Shown: positions 24,225-38,873 of the stretch, piece after piece | How the letters are laid out: every line of letters starts with the position of its first letter | Numbering within the stretch: the first letter of the stretch is position 1 | Translations under genes and position numbers: made by a program | Notes under the pieces: generated by a model | The model's database searches: none | What the model was told of the DNA's origin: nothing | What the model saw: only the letters and a program-made list of their open reading frames with translations | Assembly: GCF_009834535.1 (NCBI RefSeq) | Contig: NC_045707.1 | Coordinates: 49,292,001 to 49,356,000 of the forward strand | Length of the DNA: 64,000 nucleotides | Source: Camelus ferus | Taxonomy: Eukaryota | Direction: 5' to 3'

Positions 24225-27200
24225 AATAAACTCCAAGTATGGTCAAAGTTGACACTACACAGGGATAATCCCACATAAAAACAGCCCTTCAAGACCATAG
24301 TAGATAACCATTTCTCCTATATAGAGTCAGAGAAATATAAGCAAAATGGAGAAGCAGAGGAACCACTCCCAAATAAAACAACAAGAGAAATAATCTGAAA
24401 GAACAGTGGAATAGACCTCTACAGGCTCCTAGGCCTCAAGTTCAGAAAGGAGATAACAAAAACACTGAAGGAATTAAGAGAAGCTATTGATAGCAATGCA
24501 GATTACTGTGAAAAGGAACTAGAAACTATAAAGAAGAGACGATTAAAATTAGAAAACTTATTTACCAAGACAGAAGCTGAGCTAAAAGCAATAAGTAGCA
24601 AACTGGATAATGCAGAAGAATGAATAAGTGATATGAAATACAGAACAATGAAAATTACCCAATCAGAGCAGCTGACAGAAAGAAAAAAAAAAAAGCGAAA
24701 GCAATATATGAGACCTATGGGATAATATAAAGCATCCCAATCTACTCACAATAGGGATTCCAAAGGAGAAGAATGAGAAAAGGGGATCAAAAATCTATTT
24801 GAAGAAATTATGGCTAAAAACTTCCCAAAACTGTAGAAAGAAACAGACTTCTAGGTATAGGAAGCACAGAGGGTCCTAAACAAGATGAACCCAAACAGAC
24901 CTATACCAAGACACATTATATAGCTAAAATGCCAAAAGTTAAATATAAAGAGAGGATTCTAAAGACAGTAAAAGAAAAAGAGTTAGTTATAAGGGGACCT
25001 ACATAAGATTTACAGCTGATTTCTCTACAAAGACATTGCAAGACAGAAGGGAGTGGCAAGATATACTCAAAATCTTGAAAGGGAAAAACCTGCAACTCTA
25101 CCCAGCAAGATTAACATTTAGAATAAATGAAGAAATAAGAATTTCTCAGACAAGCAAAAACTAAAGAATACAGCAATACTAAACCTAAACCTAAACCTAT
25201 CTGAAAAGAAATATAGAAAGGTGTTTTCTAAATAGAAAAGAGGCAAAAATCTATAGGAAACAGAAAATCATAATTGGAAAATAAATCACTTGAACAAGCC
25301 TGTGCACAAATTAAAAACAAAACAAAAAAAATTTTATGAAAGCAATGATAACTACAAAGCACAGCAAAAGGATAAAAGTGAAGATGTAAAAGAAGACATC
25401 AAAATAATAAAATGTGGGGGAGGAAAATTTTTTAAAAATGTAGATTTCTGTATGATTACCAAATTGAAAGCAAGTAAATAAGATAATAAGTAACATATCT
25501 AACAAAGGAAAAACAAAAAGAAAAAGGAATAAAGAAAAATACAAAATCAACTTGAAAACAAGGTTTAAAATGACAATAAACATTTATCAATAATTATCTT
25601 AAACACTAATGGACTAAATGTTCCAATCAAAAGATACAGAGTGGCAGATTGGATTACAAAACAAGAGCCTACAATATGCTGCCTACAAAAGACCCACTTT
25701 ATGACAAAGAACACACATAGACTGAAAATGAGGAGTTAGAAAAACTTATTTCATACAAATGGAAATGACAAGAAAGCAGGGGCAGCAATATTCAATATGA
25801 GACAAAATAGACTTTAAAACAAAGCCCATAAAGAAAAATAAAGAAGAGTATCATATAATAATAAAAGGATCAATACAAGAGGAGGATATTGCACTCATTA
25901 TGCAATATGCACCCAATATAGGAGCACCTAAATCCATAAAACAAACACCAACAGACATAAAGGGAGAAAGTGACAGGAGTGCAATAATAGTAGGAGACTT
26001 TAAAACTCCACTCACATGAATGAACAGATCTTCCAGACAGAAAATCAAGAAGGCAACGGAGATACTAAATGATACAACAGAACAGTTAGGCTTAAGTGAT
26101 ATTTTCAAGACATTGCATCCAAAACAAAACAAACAAACAAACAGACAAACAAAACCAACAGAATACACATTCTTTTCAAGTGCACATGGAACATTCTCTA
26201 GGCTTGACCAAATGCTAGGACACTAACGAGCCACAAAATTAAAGAGGACAGAAATTATTTCAGGCATCTTTTCTGACTACAATGATATGAAAGTAGAAAT
26301 CAACTACAGAAAGAAAAAATGAGAATAAAATGATTGCATAGAGACTAAAAAACCAATGGCTAAATGATTAAATCAAAGAGGAAATTAAAAAATTCTTTGA
26401 GACAAATGACAATGAAAACAATCATACAAAATCTATGGGATGTAGCAAAAGCAGTCCTAAGAGGGAAGTTCATAGCAATTCAGGCCTTCCTCAAAATACA
26501 AGAAAAACCTCAAATAAACAATCTTACATAACACTTAAAAGAATTAGAAAAAGAAGAATAAACAATACCTAAAGTCAGCAGAGGGAAGGGAATAATAAAA
26601 ATCAGAGAGGAAATAAATAAAATAGAGGTTTACAAAATAGAAAAAAAAATCAGTAGAATCAAGAGCTGGTTCTTTGAAAGGGTAAACAAAACCAATAAAC
26701 CTCTGGCCAGGCTCACCAAGAAGAAAAGAGAGAGGACTCAAATAAACAAAATATGAAAGAGGAGAAATAACAACTGATGCTGCAAAAATACAAAAGGAGA
26801 GGATATTATGAACAATTATATGCCAACAAATTGGACAACCTAGAAAAAAATGGACAAGTTTCTAGAAACATATAGCCTGCCAAAACTAAGTCAAGAAGAA
26901 ATAGGTAATTTGAACACAACTGATTACTAAAAGTGAAATAGAATCTGTAATTTAAAAACAACAACAAAACTCCCTGCAAATAAAAGTCTAGGATCAGATG
27001 CCTTCACAGAGGAATTCTATTAAACATACAAAGAAATTATACCAGTTCTTCTCAAACTCTTCCAAAAGAAGAGGCCAGAACACTCCCAAAGTCATCCTAT
27101 GAAGCCACCATCACCCTGATACCAAAGCCGACACACAATACTAAACCAGAAAATTCCAGGTCAATATCTTTGATGAATATAGATGCAAAAATTCTCAACA

Positions 27201-27562
27201 AAATATTAGCAAACCGAATCTAACAACACATAAAAAGACCATACACCATGGTCAAGTTGAATTCATCCCAGGGTCATAAGGATAGTTCAATATATGCAAA
27301 TCAATCAATGTCATGCACCACATCAACAGAAGAAAAGACAAAAACCACATAATCATCTCAATAGATGCAGAAAAGGAATATGATAAAATTTAATATCCAT
27401 TCATGATAAAAGCTCTTACCTAAGTGGTTACAGAGGGAACATATCTCAACATAATAAAAGCTATTTATGACAAACCCAACATCAACGTTAATACTCAACT
27501 GTGAAAGGTTGAAAGACTGCCCACTAAAATCTGAGCCAAGACAATGATGTCCGCTTTCACCA
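24225..27562 (+). mobile_element. L1 with decayed ORF1 (~24345) and ORF2 endonuclease to RT (~25570 on), ends within RT
   Basis: EN remnants (aatggactaaatgttccaatcaaaag, atagtaggagacttt, YTFFSSAHGTFSRLDQMLGH); RT remnants (atctcaatagatgcagaaaag). Confidence 0.95.
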
Positions 27563-27751
27563 TACATTCCCACCAACAATGTAGGAGGGTTCCCTTTTCC
27601 TCCACATCCTCTCCAGAGTTCATTATTTGTAGACTTTTTGATGATGGCCATTCTGAATGGTGTGAAGTGATACCTCATCATAGTTTTGATTTGCATTTCT
27701 CTAATAATCCGAAATGCTGAGCATCTTTTCATGTGCCTGTTGGCCATCTGT
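27563..27751 (-). mobile_element. Antisense L1 ORF2 C-terminal fragment
   Basis: ORF 27358..27747 begins MANRHMKRCSAFRIIREMQIKTMMRYHFTP. Confidence 0.92.
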
Positions 27752-29344
27752 AACGGTACTCATATTTTAAGCGAGGCTTCAAGTTATTCAGAAGTTAAAG
27801 ATAGTGATAAAGCAATAATTTAGAACCTTCTGTCTTTAAAACTGTCCTTTCCTATCACTGAATTTCTTATTCTATATGCTAAAAACCAATATGCAGAGAT
27901 CAGGCCACTTATAATGCATGAATGTACATGCAAACACATATATACATATAAATTTGTGGGGAACTTAAAGATAGGCACTCCAGGTTTTCATTTATGAAGC
28001 TCAAAACAGTGACAACATCATTTATACTGCTGAAAAACAGCAATAATAATTAATGATGAATTCCTAAAGGAAGAAAATTTCATATTCTTAAAGTACTATA
28101 TAATTCTAGAATTGGAAGCAGCCTTTGAGATCATCTGTCCAAACTTAAGTCTTTTCTATGATATCCTGTCCATCTGTTAATTGACACTACACCCTGTAGT
28201 ATAATGAACAGTCTTCAGCTTTCCTAGGGTCCATTCCATTTGTTCCCTTCCTAACAGTTCTCTGAATGTCCCTGTCAAGTTTACCATTACAGATTACCAC
28301 TATATATCTACCCCTTATAAATAATCTGGTGTATGAACTAAAAAATTTCCTTGAATGCATAACTGTCCCTTTGGGATGTCCGCCTGATGCATGCAATCTA
28401 CATTTAAACACAGTGACAAGAATCTGAATCCCTAACGAAAGTGTCCATCCAGGTTTTTATGTTTCATTTTATTTTTAATGTAACTCTAAAGAGTAAAATC
28501 TTTCTTAATAAACCAGGATCCGACTCATGTTTTTTAACTCCCACAGATGGATTCTATTGTTGCTTTTCCATCTGCAGAATGCAGGGGAAAAAAGCCTACA
28601 TCCTTTTAATCCATTGCAGACAAAATCATTAAAAAGCATAGAAGCAAACTTCATTAACTCAGAATTTTCAACGACTCATAAAATCAGTTATTTTGTTTTC
28701 TTTTTAATTCAAGTGTGCTTTAAAACTCCAGATCAAATTGTTCTACACATTTGGGCATATCATGGTTACCAATGTTCATACAGCTTTGTTTAAAAATGGT
28801 CTTCATACTGCCTATGGAACAATATATGGAGTAGGGTGCTGTCCAGCCTGATTTTCCTGAAAGGCTTAGAGGATTTTACTTGAAACAGTAATTCATGTAG
28901 GCAACAATCTGCCTTAGAAAAATGGTTGTATTTTTGAGTAAACAAATAATCTATACTACCGTTATGAAAGTAAGTCTTAGTACATATGTTCGAAATTCTT
29001 AGCTATAAAATCCAACTGAAAATGTCCTTTACTATTTACTAAGAGGTATTTACGTAGTTATTCACAAAGAAGGAAAAGGTCGTAACTGTTCTTTGTTTTG
29101 TCTTTCCTGTGGGATGCAAAATAAAGGTAAAACCTATACTTCCTGGTTTTAGACTCTTTTACAATCAATGTTAGAGTAATATGTACAACACTCACTCAAG
29201 AAAAATCCTGGCCTACAGAATGCAGCTTCTCTGGTCTAACTATCCTGGAAATCAGTATTTGACCACCAGTTTTCATTTGGTACCCACGTGGCTCAGATAT
29301 TCATCTATAATAGTCATTGATAAGTTCTGAGTTTTTGTTTATTT

Positions 29345-29630
29345 TATTATTTTTAAAGCAGCTTTATTTACACACTATATAATTCACTCACTTTAAGTGT
29401 ATATTCAATGATTTGTGGTAAATTTACAGAGTTGTACAATCATTACCATCATCAAATTTTAGAACATTTACATGAATCCAAAAATAGACCTTGTGCCCAT
29501 TTGTAGTCATGTACATTCTCACACTCAGCCTCAAACAACCAATAATCTGCCTTCTGTCTCTATAGATTTGCTCTTTATGGATAATTCATATAAATGGAAT
29601 CATATAAAATGTGACATTTTGCATCTGCCT
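29345..29630 (-). mobile_element. Old L1 3'UTR end, antisense
   Basis: gcagctttatt...aaatttacagagttgtacaatcattacc...tctgtctctatagatttg...aatggaatcata. Confidence 0.85.
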
Positions 29631-32600
29631 TTTGATGGGTTCTTTGATGGTGACTTTTCAATGACAGTAAAAGTATTCGTTGAGAATGACTCACCAAACC
29701 TCTGAGCCCTGAGTTCCACCCATTTGAAAAATATACAAAAAGAGCCAAATAAGGACAAAAACACATTAGCCAAAGATTTTAGTCTGAACACAGTAAGAGC
29801 ATCAGCTTTGCAGTATGGGCTGTCTCTCCACTCTCATCCACAGGAATGGGAGTAGATTTTTTAGAGCTTCAAAGCTGAGCTAACAAAACAAAACTCTGGC
29901 TCTTTCTTATGTCCCACTTTTCCTGAAGACTCCAGAGTGGTAAAGAGGATACATGACAACTCCAGCAATCTTCATACAAAGTTTAGAATGCACAAGAAAT
30001 CATCTAGGCTATGGGAGCCAGCCCATAGCAAAATCAAGCTTTCAGAAACCAGAATATAATCCAGGTACATATTTCTGATGTAAGGTAAAATCAGAAGGTA
30101 GATAGAGAAAGAAAGCAAGACAGTATTAAAGAAAGAGAAAACCTTTATTTCAGCCACATGTTTGTAATTCATAATCTGGAAATTTAACCACATTTAGGAA
30201 AAATTTTGTGACATTGTACCTCCCATATTCAGGGCAGAAAGCCATCTATACAACAGCCTGTATTTTAGACAGTGTCATTTGACCCTCTTATCATCACTGG
30301 AAAATACAGACATTCGCAGTGGTGATACTCCCAGTCTCCAGGACTTACTTGAGGCTCCTTTCTTGCTTTGCTGTCTCCCCACATAGCAAAATAAACATCA
30401 TTTCAATATTCACCTTTAAGTTTTGCATTTCCAGCCCTCCAAGTTGAACTGACCCTGAACTCCATTTAGAAGGCAGGCACTCCATGATTATAACAGAAAA
30501 ACTTTTTGAAAAGCTGAATGCCTTCAATTTTATCGTTGCTGTATCTTCTACCTTCATCCGCATTAAAATCATAAATTATTTTTAGATTTTTAGTACCATG
30601 CATATTGGCTATTATCATGGAGTTTCCCTTATGAGCCCATCAAGGAGTAAGTATCTAAACAGGCACTCCGACATAGGTGCCCAAAAGTTTCTTTGGTCCT
30701 ATCTGATGTTGCACTCAGTGAGCCTATGCCTTCAGAGACCATTAAGACCTTTGCTACATGTTTTCTCCTCAAAACTCTTTTCTTCTGCACCAGCTAGTTC
30801 TCTCAAGCTTGCATGACCTTTACTACTCTTCTGTCATCCCAAATTCTAACTACTATATAATAGCTAACTTCACCCTGGCTTACAAACAGGATGCAGGAGG
30901 AATAACAGAAGAACAAATAAGAAGACTAGATACCAAAGCAAAATCTGCCCGTCATTTCTCTCTCATTTTTACGGCCAGAGCTGGCCCTAGGAAATCCTTG
31001 GAGAAATAAAGCTGTTGCTCTATCCTAAACTCCCTAAGAGAAATTCCTAACTGAAGAAAGAAATCGCTATCCCTCTGTCTCTCTCTGCTTCAAACCAGAT
31101 CTCTCCTACTTCAAGATCCTGGACAAAGAGTTCTTGACCCTTGGGAAGAGACCTCTTGCAAACACAATCTTGAACTGGTGTCTGGGGTCATACTAAAAGC
31201 TGTACACCTGAAGCCCAGTAGCCCAACACGTAAAACCAGCACGCACGAGTTAAAACGAGTTTCCCAACCAGTGAGAATCAGTCAGTGCAGCTAAATGAAG
31301 TCTGTCCATCTTTCTGTGGAACAATCTGTTCTCCAAATGTTAATCCATATTTTTTCATTCTAAAAGATACCCCACCTTGTAAACCATGTGCTGTAATGGG
31401 AAGCACTAATTATTCCTCCCACAAATGATCTCCCACAAATTCTAGTCAATTGAAAAGCCACAGAAGTATTTCAGTGGGGTAAGTTTACAATATCAGCTTT
31501 AGGCCCGGGGGGAGAATATGGAACAGGGAGAATATGGAGTATGGAGAGCTGAAATCTGCTTGGGTCTGCTAGATCAAAGCCCAGTTTCTCACTTACTTTA
31601 TGGAGAATGGAAACATGGTAAGCCCTTACTTATCCTGGGAGCAAGTAAACAATACCAAGAGAGCACAACAGGTAAGATTTAGGAGGATACTATATATGAG
31701 CCATAATCTTTAACACACATAAGGAATTTGGATAAATTACTCTACTTCCAGGGAGAGGAGTAAGTAAGAAAACTGAGAAAAAGACAGACACTGCTCCCCT
31801 GTTTTTTCTCAAAAGCCCAAAAGGACTGAAGGAAATTTTACTTTTAAGGGATAAAATGGAAAATATGAGGAGAAGAGAAAAAAATGATATTTCTTAGATT
31901 CTAGACAGTCTGTGGAATGACAACTTCATGCCATCCACCTTACTTTACAAATAATACTATAAAGTTGAAAAGAGTGTGCCATGGCAATTATGAGTATGAG
32001 CTCTTGAGATGTATTGTCCCAAAGCCTGCCTCTGCCACCTACCTCAGATAAACCATTTAAACACTTTAAACTCAATTTTTTTTCTGTCAAAAAAGGTAAT
32101 GATAGCATCTACTTTAAAGATATTAAGTCAGTTCACGTGAAGTACTTAGCAAAATGCTTAAATCTTAGTTTTTGTTACTATTATTTTTATAATATGTGAC
32201 TAGTATAACACTATGCAATATATGTAATATTAATAATTAATCCTTCATCATTAAAGAATTGGTGTAGCTCTGAGCAGTATCTCTCACCTGATAAATTATG
32301 CCCCCTTTATCATCAGCTATTGTTAATCAAGTCCTATTTTTACTTACTTATAATTGTTGGCCTTTGCATCTCCATTTGGCCGATATCATTACAAAGAATA
32401 CTTGCTTCTTCCAAGTGCTCTGCAAACTAACTTTTCTGAGGTTCCTAAGAAATAGATTCATAGCTCCATTTCTTGGTAAGTTTCTATAGTTCTACTGTGC
32501 TATGATGCCAAGCCGTGATCCTTTTGTCAGGAAAAATGACTTCCAGATCAGTACCCTTGAGGAAAGGATTCCCACTTGAGTAGAGTCATGGTTCCTGTGA

Positions 32601-32684
32601 TTCTTGCGTGTTGTTATAAAAAAAAGCTTCTCAGAGAGGAACATGGGTTTTTGAACTAAACTATACCATGCCTGCTGCATAAGC

Positions 32685-32800
32685 CAGCAGTTCTCAAACA
32701 CTGTCCACAAGTCAGCGACAGTACAATCACCTGGGGAAAGTTTTCCAAAATTTTAGATTCCTAGTTCTCACTCCCAAAGATTCAATAAGTCAAGGCTGGA
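32685..32800. mobile_element. MER5-like hAT MITE fragment
   Basis: cagcagttctcaaac...aatcacctgggga...agattcctag. Confidence 0.55.
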
Positions 32801-32859
32801 AGGAAGAGGGAAAACACCTATGCTCTGTGTGTGTAAACTATTCTCCCAACATAACTGCT

Positions 32860-33530
32860 GACAGTATTTGCAAATCATATAAAAGGACTGATTTCCTTAT
32901 CATATTAGAGCTGTCACAAAAAATATAGAAAAGACTAACAATATGAAAAAAACGGATCAAGGATATGAACAGATGGCACACACGTGGGCACATACACAAA
33001 TGGCCAATAAATACATGAAGAGATGCTCAACCTTACTCGTAATTAGAGAAACTCAAGTATAACAGAAAGGAGATTCAAATTTTCACAATCAGGATGGGCC
33101 AAGTAAGCCTTCGGGTAGTGCATTAGTAACTCTCAGTTCACCTTGGTGGGAATTCAAATAAATGAAAAAATTTGGAAACCAGTTGCAACATCTAGCAGAA
33201 TTTGAAATGCATATATCTTTGGAAGCAATGGTAATATAACCATTTCACCAATGGTAATATAACCTGTAAATATATACCGAAAAGTATATAAAGATACATA
33301 TCAGAATGACCATTGAGGTTTCTGTGTAAAAGCAAAACAAACACCATAACACTCCTCCTGAGAGAAACAAGAAAACCAAATAGAGACCTGTGCATTCATA
33401 CATTGGCATATGCCAGAACCAGTGAAAAGACTGAGGTGGATTTATATGTGATAATCCTGAAAGCCACCCATGAACTATTATTTGGTGGAAATAAGGAAAG
33501 TACAAAATCGAGTGTGTAGGCTGATCTTAT
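32860..33530 (+). mobile_element. Old L1ME fragment
   Basis: tacaaatggccaataaatacatgaagagatgctcaaccttactcgtaattagagaaa-like L1 ORF2 end and 3'UTR remnants. Confidence 0.75.
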
Positions 33531-35316
33531 TTGGGATGGCTTATATGCAATACACCGTTCTGTATCTCTTGTATTTTATACCATGGAGATATTTATTTTA
33601 GTTTACTTTATCTTTTAATTTGTCAGAAATCTCTCCTAGTGAGTTTGGTCAGTTGCCAGGTTTGGAAATTATTATTATGCTATCTAAATTGATTAAACAC
33701 TGCATTGTTACAATTAATCACATATCTGGTTAAGACAGAGCTATCTCACTGGGCTGCTAGAAGATTAAATGAGATAATATATGAGAAAGCACTTTTGGAA
33801 AGCATTGTGTGAATTACTGTTATCACATTCAAGACTGGTTTAATATTTTGATTATTACTATAATGGCAAAATCCTAGGAATAGAGGATATAAAAGTAAAT
33901 AAGGCAGACTACATGATCTTGAGATGTTTATATTATAATAAAATAAATGTATAAAAAAAGAGGAATACAGTATAACCAGCACTACAAAAGAGGCATAAAA
34001 TTACCATGAGAACATAGTTTGCTGCATAAAGGGAATACTTAACACAAAGATTGTTAGAAGTTCCTCAGTAAAAAAAAAAAAGAAAAGAAAAAGAAAAAGA
34101 AAAAGGACATTTATATTAAAGGGAAGATCTCATTCAATGAGTGTAAGAGAACACAGCTTACTCAGGAAAATGTGAATAATTCTACGTAGTTGACACATGG
34201 AATGTACTTACTGGATTTTCTAAAAATGTTTATTCAACAAAACACACTTAACACTATTGGCCACATTCTGATCTTTTGCAATAATGCTAGAAAGAGTTTC
34301 ATATCCTGTAATTCCATGGTATCACCTTACGTATGTTGCTATGCCTGTTTCGAAGCAGGAAAAGATCTGATCTAGACCATCGTTAGGATGGTGAGTAAAT
34401 CAGAATTTCATGAAATCATTAAAACCCAGCTTCTGAGGGACTTTTAATTTGTTTTCTATACAAATCTATTAGGGCAAAATCTATGACTATATTTGTTACA
34501 TGCTCCTGCTTATGCTATTATCATGTAGTCATTCGGACACAATGAACAGTTGAGAATAATTACTAATAAATAGAGCATTGTGGGGAAAGACAATGCTAAT
34601 GAGCAGAATATTTATGAGTCTAATTATGTTTGTAAGTAAAAAATATTTTCCATCTCTTTTTTTTCCTCCATTAGAAAACATTTTGACACTGAAAAAATAC
34701 TTTCATAATGTAATTCACTTTTGCTCGGAACATTTTGTATTTCTAATTCATATGAAAGATTATTTCCTTCCTCTCCCTCTCTCCTGTCTTTTATTTTGGC
34801 ATTGTTAGTATAGCTGTTAAACGCTTGGTTATAAATATGTGCTTTGTGGCTGGAGTCAATGGGATAGATACTTTTTCATTTAACAGTGTTACATATAAAT
34901 TTTCAAATTCACCAGGTAATTTTTAGTTTTTTCTTACTTTGTCGAAGTATTTACTCCTTGAGTGATTCCAGGCTTGTACTTCAGTTAAGTAGGATCCAAA
35001 TCTGCAGTTCGAGGCTCATGACTATTCCTTTCTTTCTAGAGTAAAACAGACATTAGATGGTTCTTGGCCAAACCAAAATATATTTCCAAAGTACATTTCC
35101 AAATTCACATTACAGAAAAACCTTACTAAAATATATTAGACCATTTTTATTCCTAATATTATGTGCCCTCTTTCTACATAAAAATGGTTAAAGTATACAG
35201 ATTCTATAATAATAATTCTAGATGATGTTTTCTTAGGTTGACAACCAGCTGCTATTGACTTGAAAATGAAGCTACTGCCAACTGGACTAAAGTTATTTAG
35301 TCTTAATGTTTGATTC

Positions 35317-35330
35317 TGTGTGTGTATATG

Positions 35331-35373
<43 letters not shown>
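35317..35373 (+). repeat. Compound (TG)(TA)(GA) microsatellite
   Basis: Direct reading. Confidence 0.95.
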
Positions 35374-35376
<3 letters not shown>

Positions 35377-36666
35377 ATTTGTCTATTCACTTCATATTCA
35401 AAATAGTTTGAAGTTATTCTCTTTTAATTAGTTGCCTCCCTGTATACTGAGAAATAAGAAAATGAACTAAAATTTAGTAAAGCCTTTCTAGAAAGTCTTA
35501 TTAAAACAAATTCTATTTTAAATTATACACACCCCTCTCCTCTCTTTTAAACTCTTCAGTAACAAAACTCGAATAATTCTACATTAAAATGTTCCCATTT
35601 TATATTAATATGTATTTGAACCAATCCTCATCTAGAAAATCAAAGATTTGTAGAAGACATAACTGGTAGTCATTCCAGGTTTGTTTCTTTCCTTCAGATT
35701 TTCTTGAAATTTCATGCTTTGTTTGAGGTATAGAGTCTGTATTAATAAAATGGGGTGTTTCTCTTATTTAAATATCAACTAAAAAGTTTTAAACATAGGA
35801 GATTAAAAATAGTGTTACCATTGAGATCTGAGTATTTATTCCATAAGGTAGTTTACTTTACAGAAGGTAGGATACTAGCCGGTTGAAACCAAATTCTGCT
35901 TCTTCATAAACATACAAATTCTATACTCACTTTCCATCCCAAATGTCCAGATATCTACTTTAATCCTGACTTCTTTTGTCTTATTTGAATGGTTTTAGTA
36001 TATCTCTTCAATTTATCTGTTGGGTTTTTGATTTCTGGAAAAACATTCAAAGTATATCACCAAGTGGGGCTTGTGTCAGCACAGAGTGAACTGGGATTAG
36101 CAAACAGGGAAGCTCTAGAAGTATGATTTCCAGGGATATTATGAGGTCATACAGAGAGAACTCATCCTTGTGAAATAAGTCAGATATGAGAAGCCAAAAA
36201 TCACTAGTGGCTGTTAACTCAAATGATCCCAAATCACCACCTTGATAGTTAAGTTAAAGTCTGGGATGAAATAATAGAGCTCTGATCCCTTAACAAAGTG
36301 TAATATACAAGATGAGGAATCCAATTCATCTTTTGTCTCAAAATAGTTAGGAATCAGTACAATGAGGAAAGGAACCTTCAGTTCTTCAGGGTCTATCACA
36401 GAACAGAAATAGAAGTGAGAAATATCCCAGAACAGATGTCAAGCAGAGTTGTATACAACCAATCTCGATGAATTTATTACTAGTTCTGTGAGAAAATTTG
36501 TGGGGACTTTAAGAAATACCTCACAGAAAAAAAAATAGATCCTGAAAATGTATTAGATTTTGAAATCTCATAAATGGGAACTAAAAGTTAGTAAATGTAC
36601 TACAACTTTATTGTTTTATAAAGCTTGGTGAGAACACAGGCACTTACACACTATGTACAGAACAGT

Positions 36667-37140
36667 GTATTAGTTAGATTGCCAGCTACACTGATTTACT
36701 GATGAAGATGAAAGGTTAGACTTCTGTACTGAGACACTCAACAACATAGTTATTTTTTCCTCACCAGGAGTAATTTCTTTCTTTCTCCCCAAAACAGCCT
36801 GAGAAAGTAGTCCACTGCTGGTATGACAGATTGATGTCACCAAAGATCCAGACTCCCTTCCATTTCTGTTTCTCTGCCACCGCTAGGGGCTTGCTCCAAA
36901 TTGAACATGACTTCTCACCTAACCCACATTTCAGCCTGCGAGAGGGAAAGAATGAGAAGGGGAAGGAAACAAAGCCCCTTTCCTTTTAAGAGATAACCTA
37001 GAAGTTGCATTGATAACTTCTGCTTAAATTTAATTGTCCAGAACCTAATCTTATGACTACAACTAATTGCAAGGGAGGCTTGCAAAATAGTCTTTAGTTG
37101 GTTAGACATGTAACCAGCTAAGGCTTCAATTATTAAAGAC
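36667..37140 (-). mobile_element. Old MLT1-type LTR
   Basis: tgtattagttag start; caaagatccagactcccttccatttctg; ttccttttaagag...cagaacctaatcttatgactacaactaattgcaagggaggct. Confidence 0.7.
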
Positions 37141-37199
37141 AAAAGTGTGAAGAAGTATTCGCAGACTCTTCTCATATTCAGAAATACTATCTTCAGTAT

Positions 37200-37350
37200 G
37201 TAACAGGTGCCAGCATGCCAGGTGCTTAGAAGATCTCACTTGATTTTTACAACTCTGAAAAACACACATTTAACAGATAAGGAATCTGATACTCAGAGGA
37301 GCGGAATGACTTTCCCAAATTTATATAGAAGTTATAGAATTAGGGAGCAA
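37200..37350 (-). mobile_element. MIR fragment
   Basis: catttaacagataaggaatctgatactcagagga...tgactttcccaa. Confidence 0.6.
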
Positions 37351-38511
37351 ATGATACTCTACCTAAATCGAAATAAAATCTGTGATCTTCCCAGTATGAC
37401 ACCCTGTCCTTCAAATAAATGTGGGTGTGATAATCTGCTTGGTAAATTCCATTGTGCATGATTCATTTCTAGTATATTGTGATATTTAACAATTAAAAGG
37501 GGGAACAGATGTGATTCTTTAACCACTGGGGTAAAAAAAAAAAACACAACTTCTCTATTTTTGCTGGTACTTCAAAGCCCTTAATAAGGTGCTTAAGATG
37601 CAGGGACAATGTATTTCAGCTTCTTTTTACACTCCAGAGAATCTAACATTATACTAAACACCAAGCAGGTAATCAACATACACTCTTCACAATCATTTGA
37701 ACCAAATGCCTATGATGACTGTCATTTTTCTCACTGTTAATGATGTCAGTGTGCAGGAAGATACAACCTTGACTGTGAACTCTTTGAGGGAATTTGTACC
37801 TAGTTTATCTTTCCGATTCCAATGATTAACACAACTGGCCCTTGGGACTCAATATTTATTCCATGAACTGAATAGAATATCAGAGTTTAAGACAACTGGG
37901 AAAGAATGTAGTTGCTTATTCAAATTATTGTGAAAATAACCTTTAATAGGTATTTTTCTGTTAATCATGCAAAAACACATTACATTTAAAAACTTGAAAC
38001 AATGTTTTTAATTTTAAGTTTGCTGAATCTTCAGTAGAGCTTGTTCTGTTCATTCAATATGCATTTCATGAAATTAAATTTCATGTATTCTAAATGTTTT
38101 GTTTGTCTTCTTTCGGTTCTGAAACAAAATTAATTTTCTGTTCAATATATTTTTTGATTATAGAAAGATACACTTTTGTTTTCCTTGACAACTCTATAGT
38201 AATGATATATTTTCCCTGCCTCTGCATTTTGCATATTTTTCAAAAGTGTAATATCTTCTCATCAAATAATGACTAATGCTTGAAAAAGAATCAAATTCAA
38301 AAATATAATTATTTAACATTTTATGAAACATTCAAAAAAGCACCGTAAAGAAGACACAATGAGTGGAGAAAATCTACAGTGCTTTTCTGTATGGTAACTC
38401 ATTATTTATCTTACGTATTTTGCTTGGATTCTATTTAACTGTTCTTCCAGATTTAGTCATATATTTAGTGTATTAAAAATAAGAGAAATATTATATAAGT
38501 TTCTCCATACT

Positions 38512-38750
38512 TATAGAATATACAACACTAAGAGTAAATTGTACTGTAAACTATGGCCTTTGAGTGATAGTAATGTATCAAGGTAAGTGCATCAATTATA
38601 ACAAATGTATCACTCTGGTGAGGAATGCTGATAATGGTAGAGGCTATAGATGTGTGGGGGAAGATGGCATATGGGAAATCTCTCTGTATCTTCTCAATTT
38701 TGCTGTGAACCTAAAATTGCTCTAAAAAATTAGGTAGTCATTAAAAAAGA
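38512..38750 (+). mobile_element. L1MC-like 3' end
   Basis: tgtaaactatggcctttgagtgatagtaatgt...aacaaatgtatcactctgg...ttttgctgtgaacctaaaattgctctaaaaaat. Confidence 0.85.
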
Positions 38751-38873
38751 GTAAGTCCAGAATAGGAGATACAAGTCCTAATATCTATGTTCAGCTCTGC
38801 TGCTCATTCACAGGGTATTGTTTACAAGTCATATAAGCTTTAGATCTCTGTTCCCTTATCTGTAAAATGAGTA

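Noticed and set aside
33226..33265. Short direct duplications (caatggtaatataacc x2; similar at ~5820, ~12505, ~31420, ~55750, ~60185)
   Set aside because: Two-copy slippage duplications, not arrays. No repeat-spacer structure.
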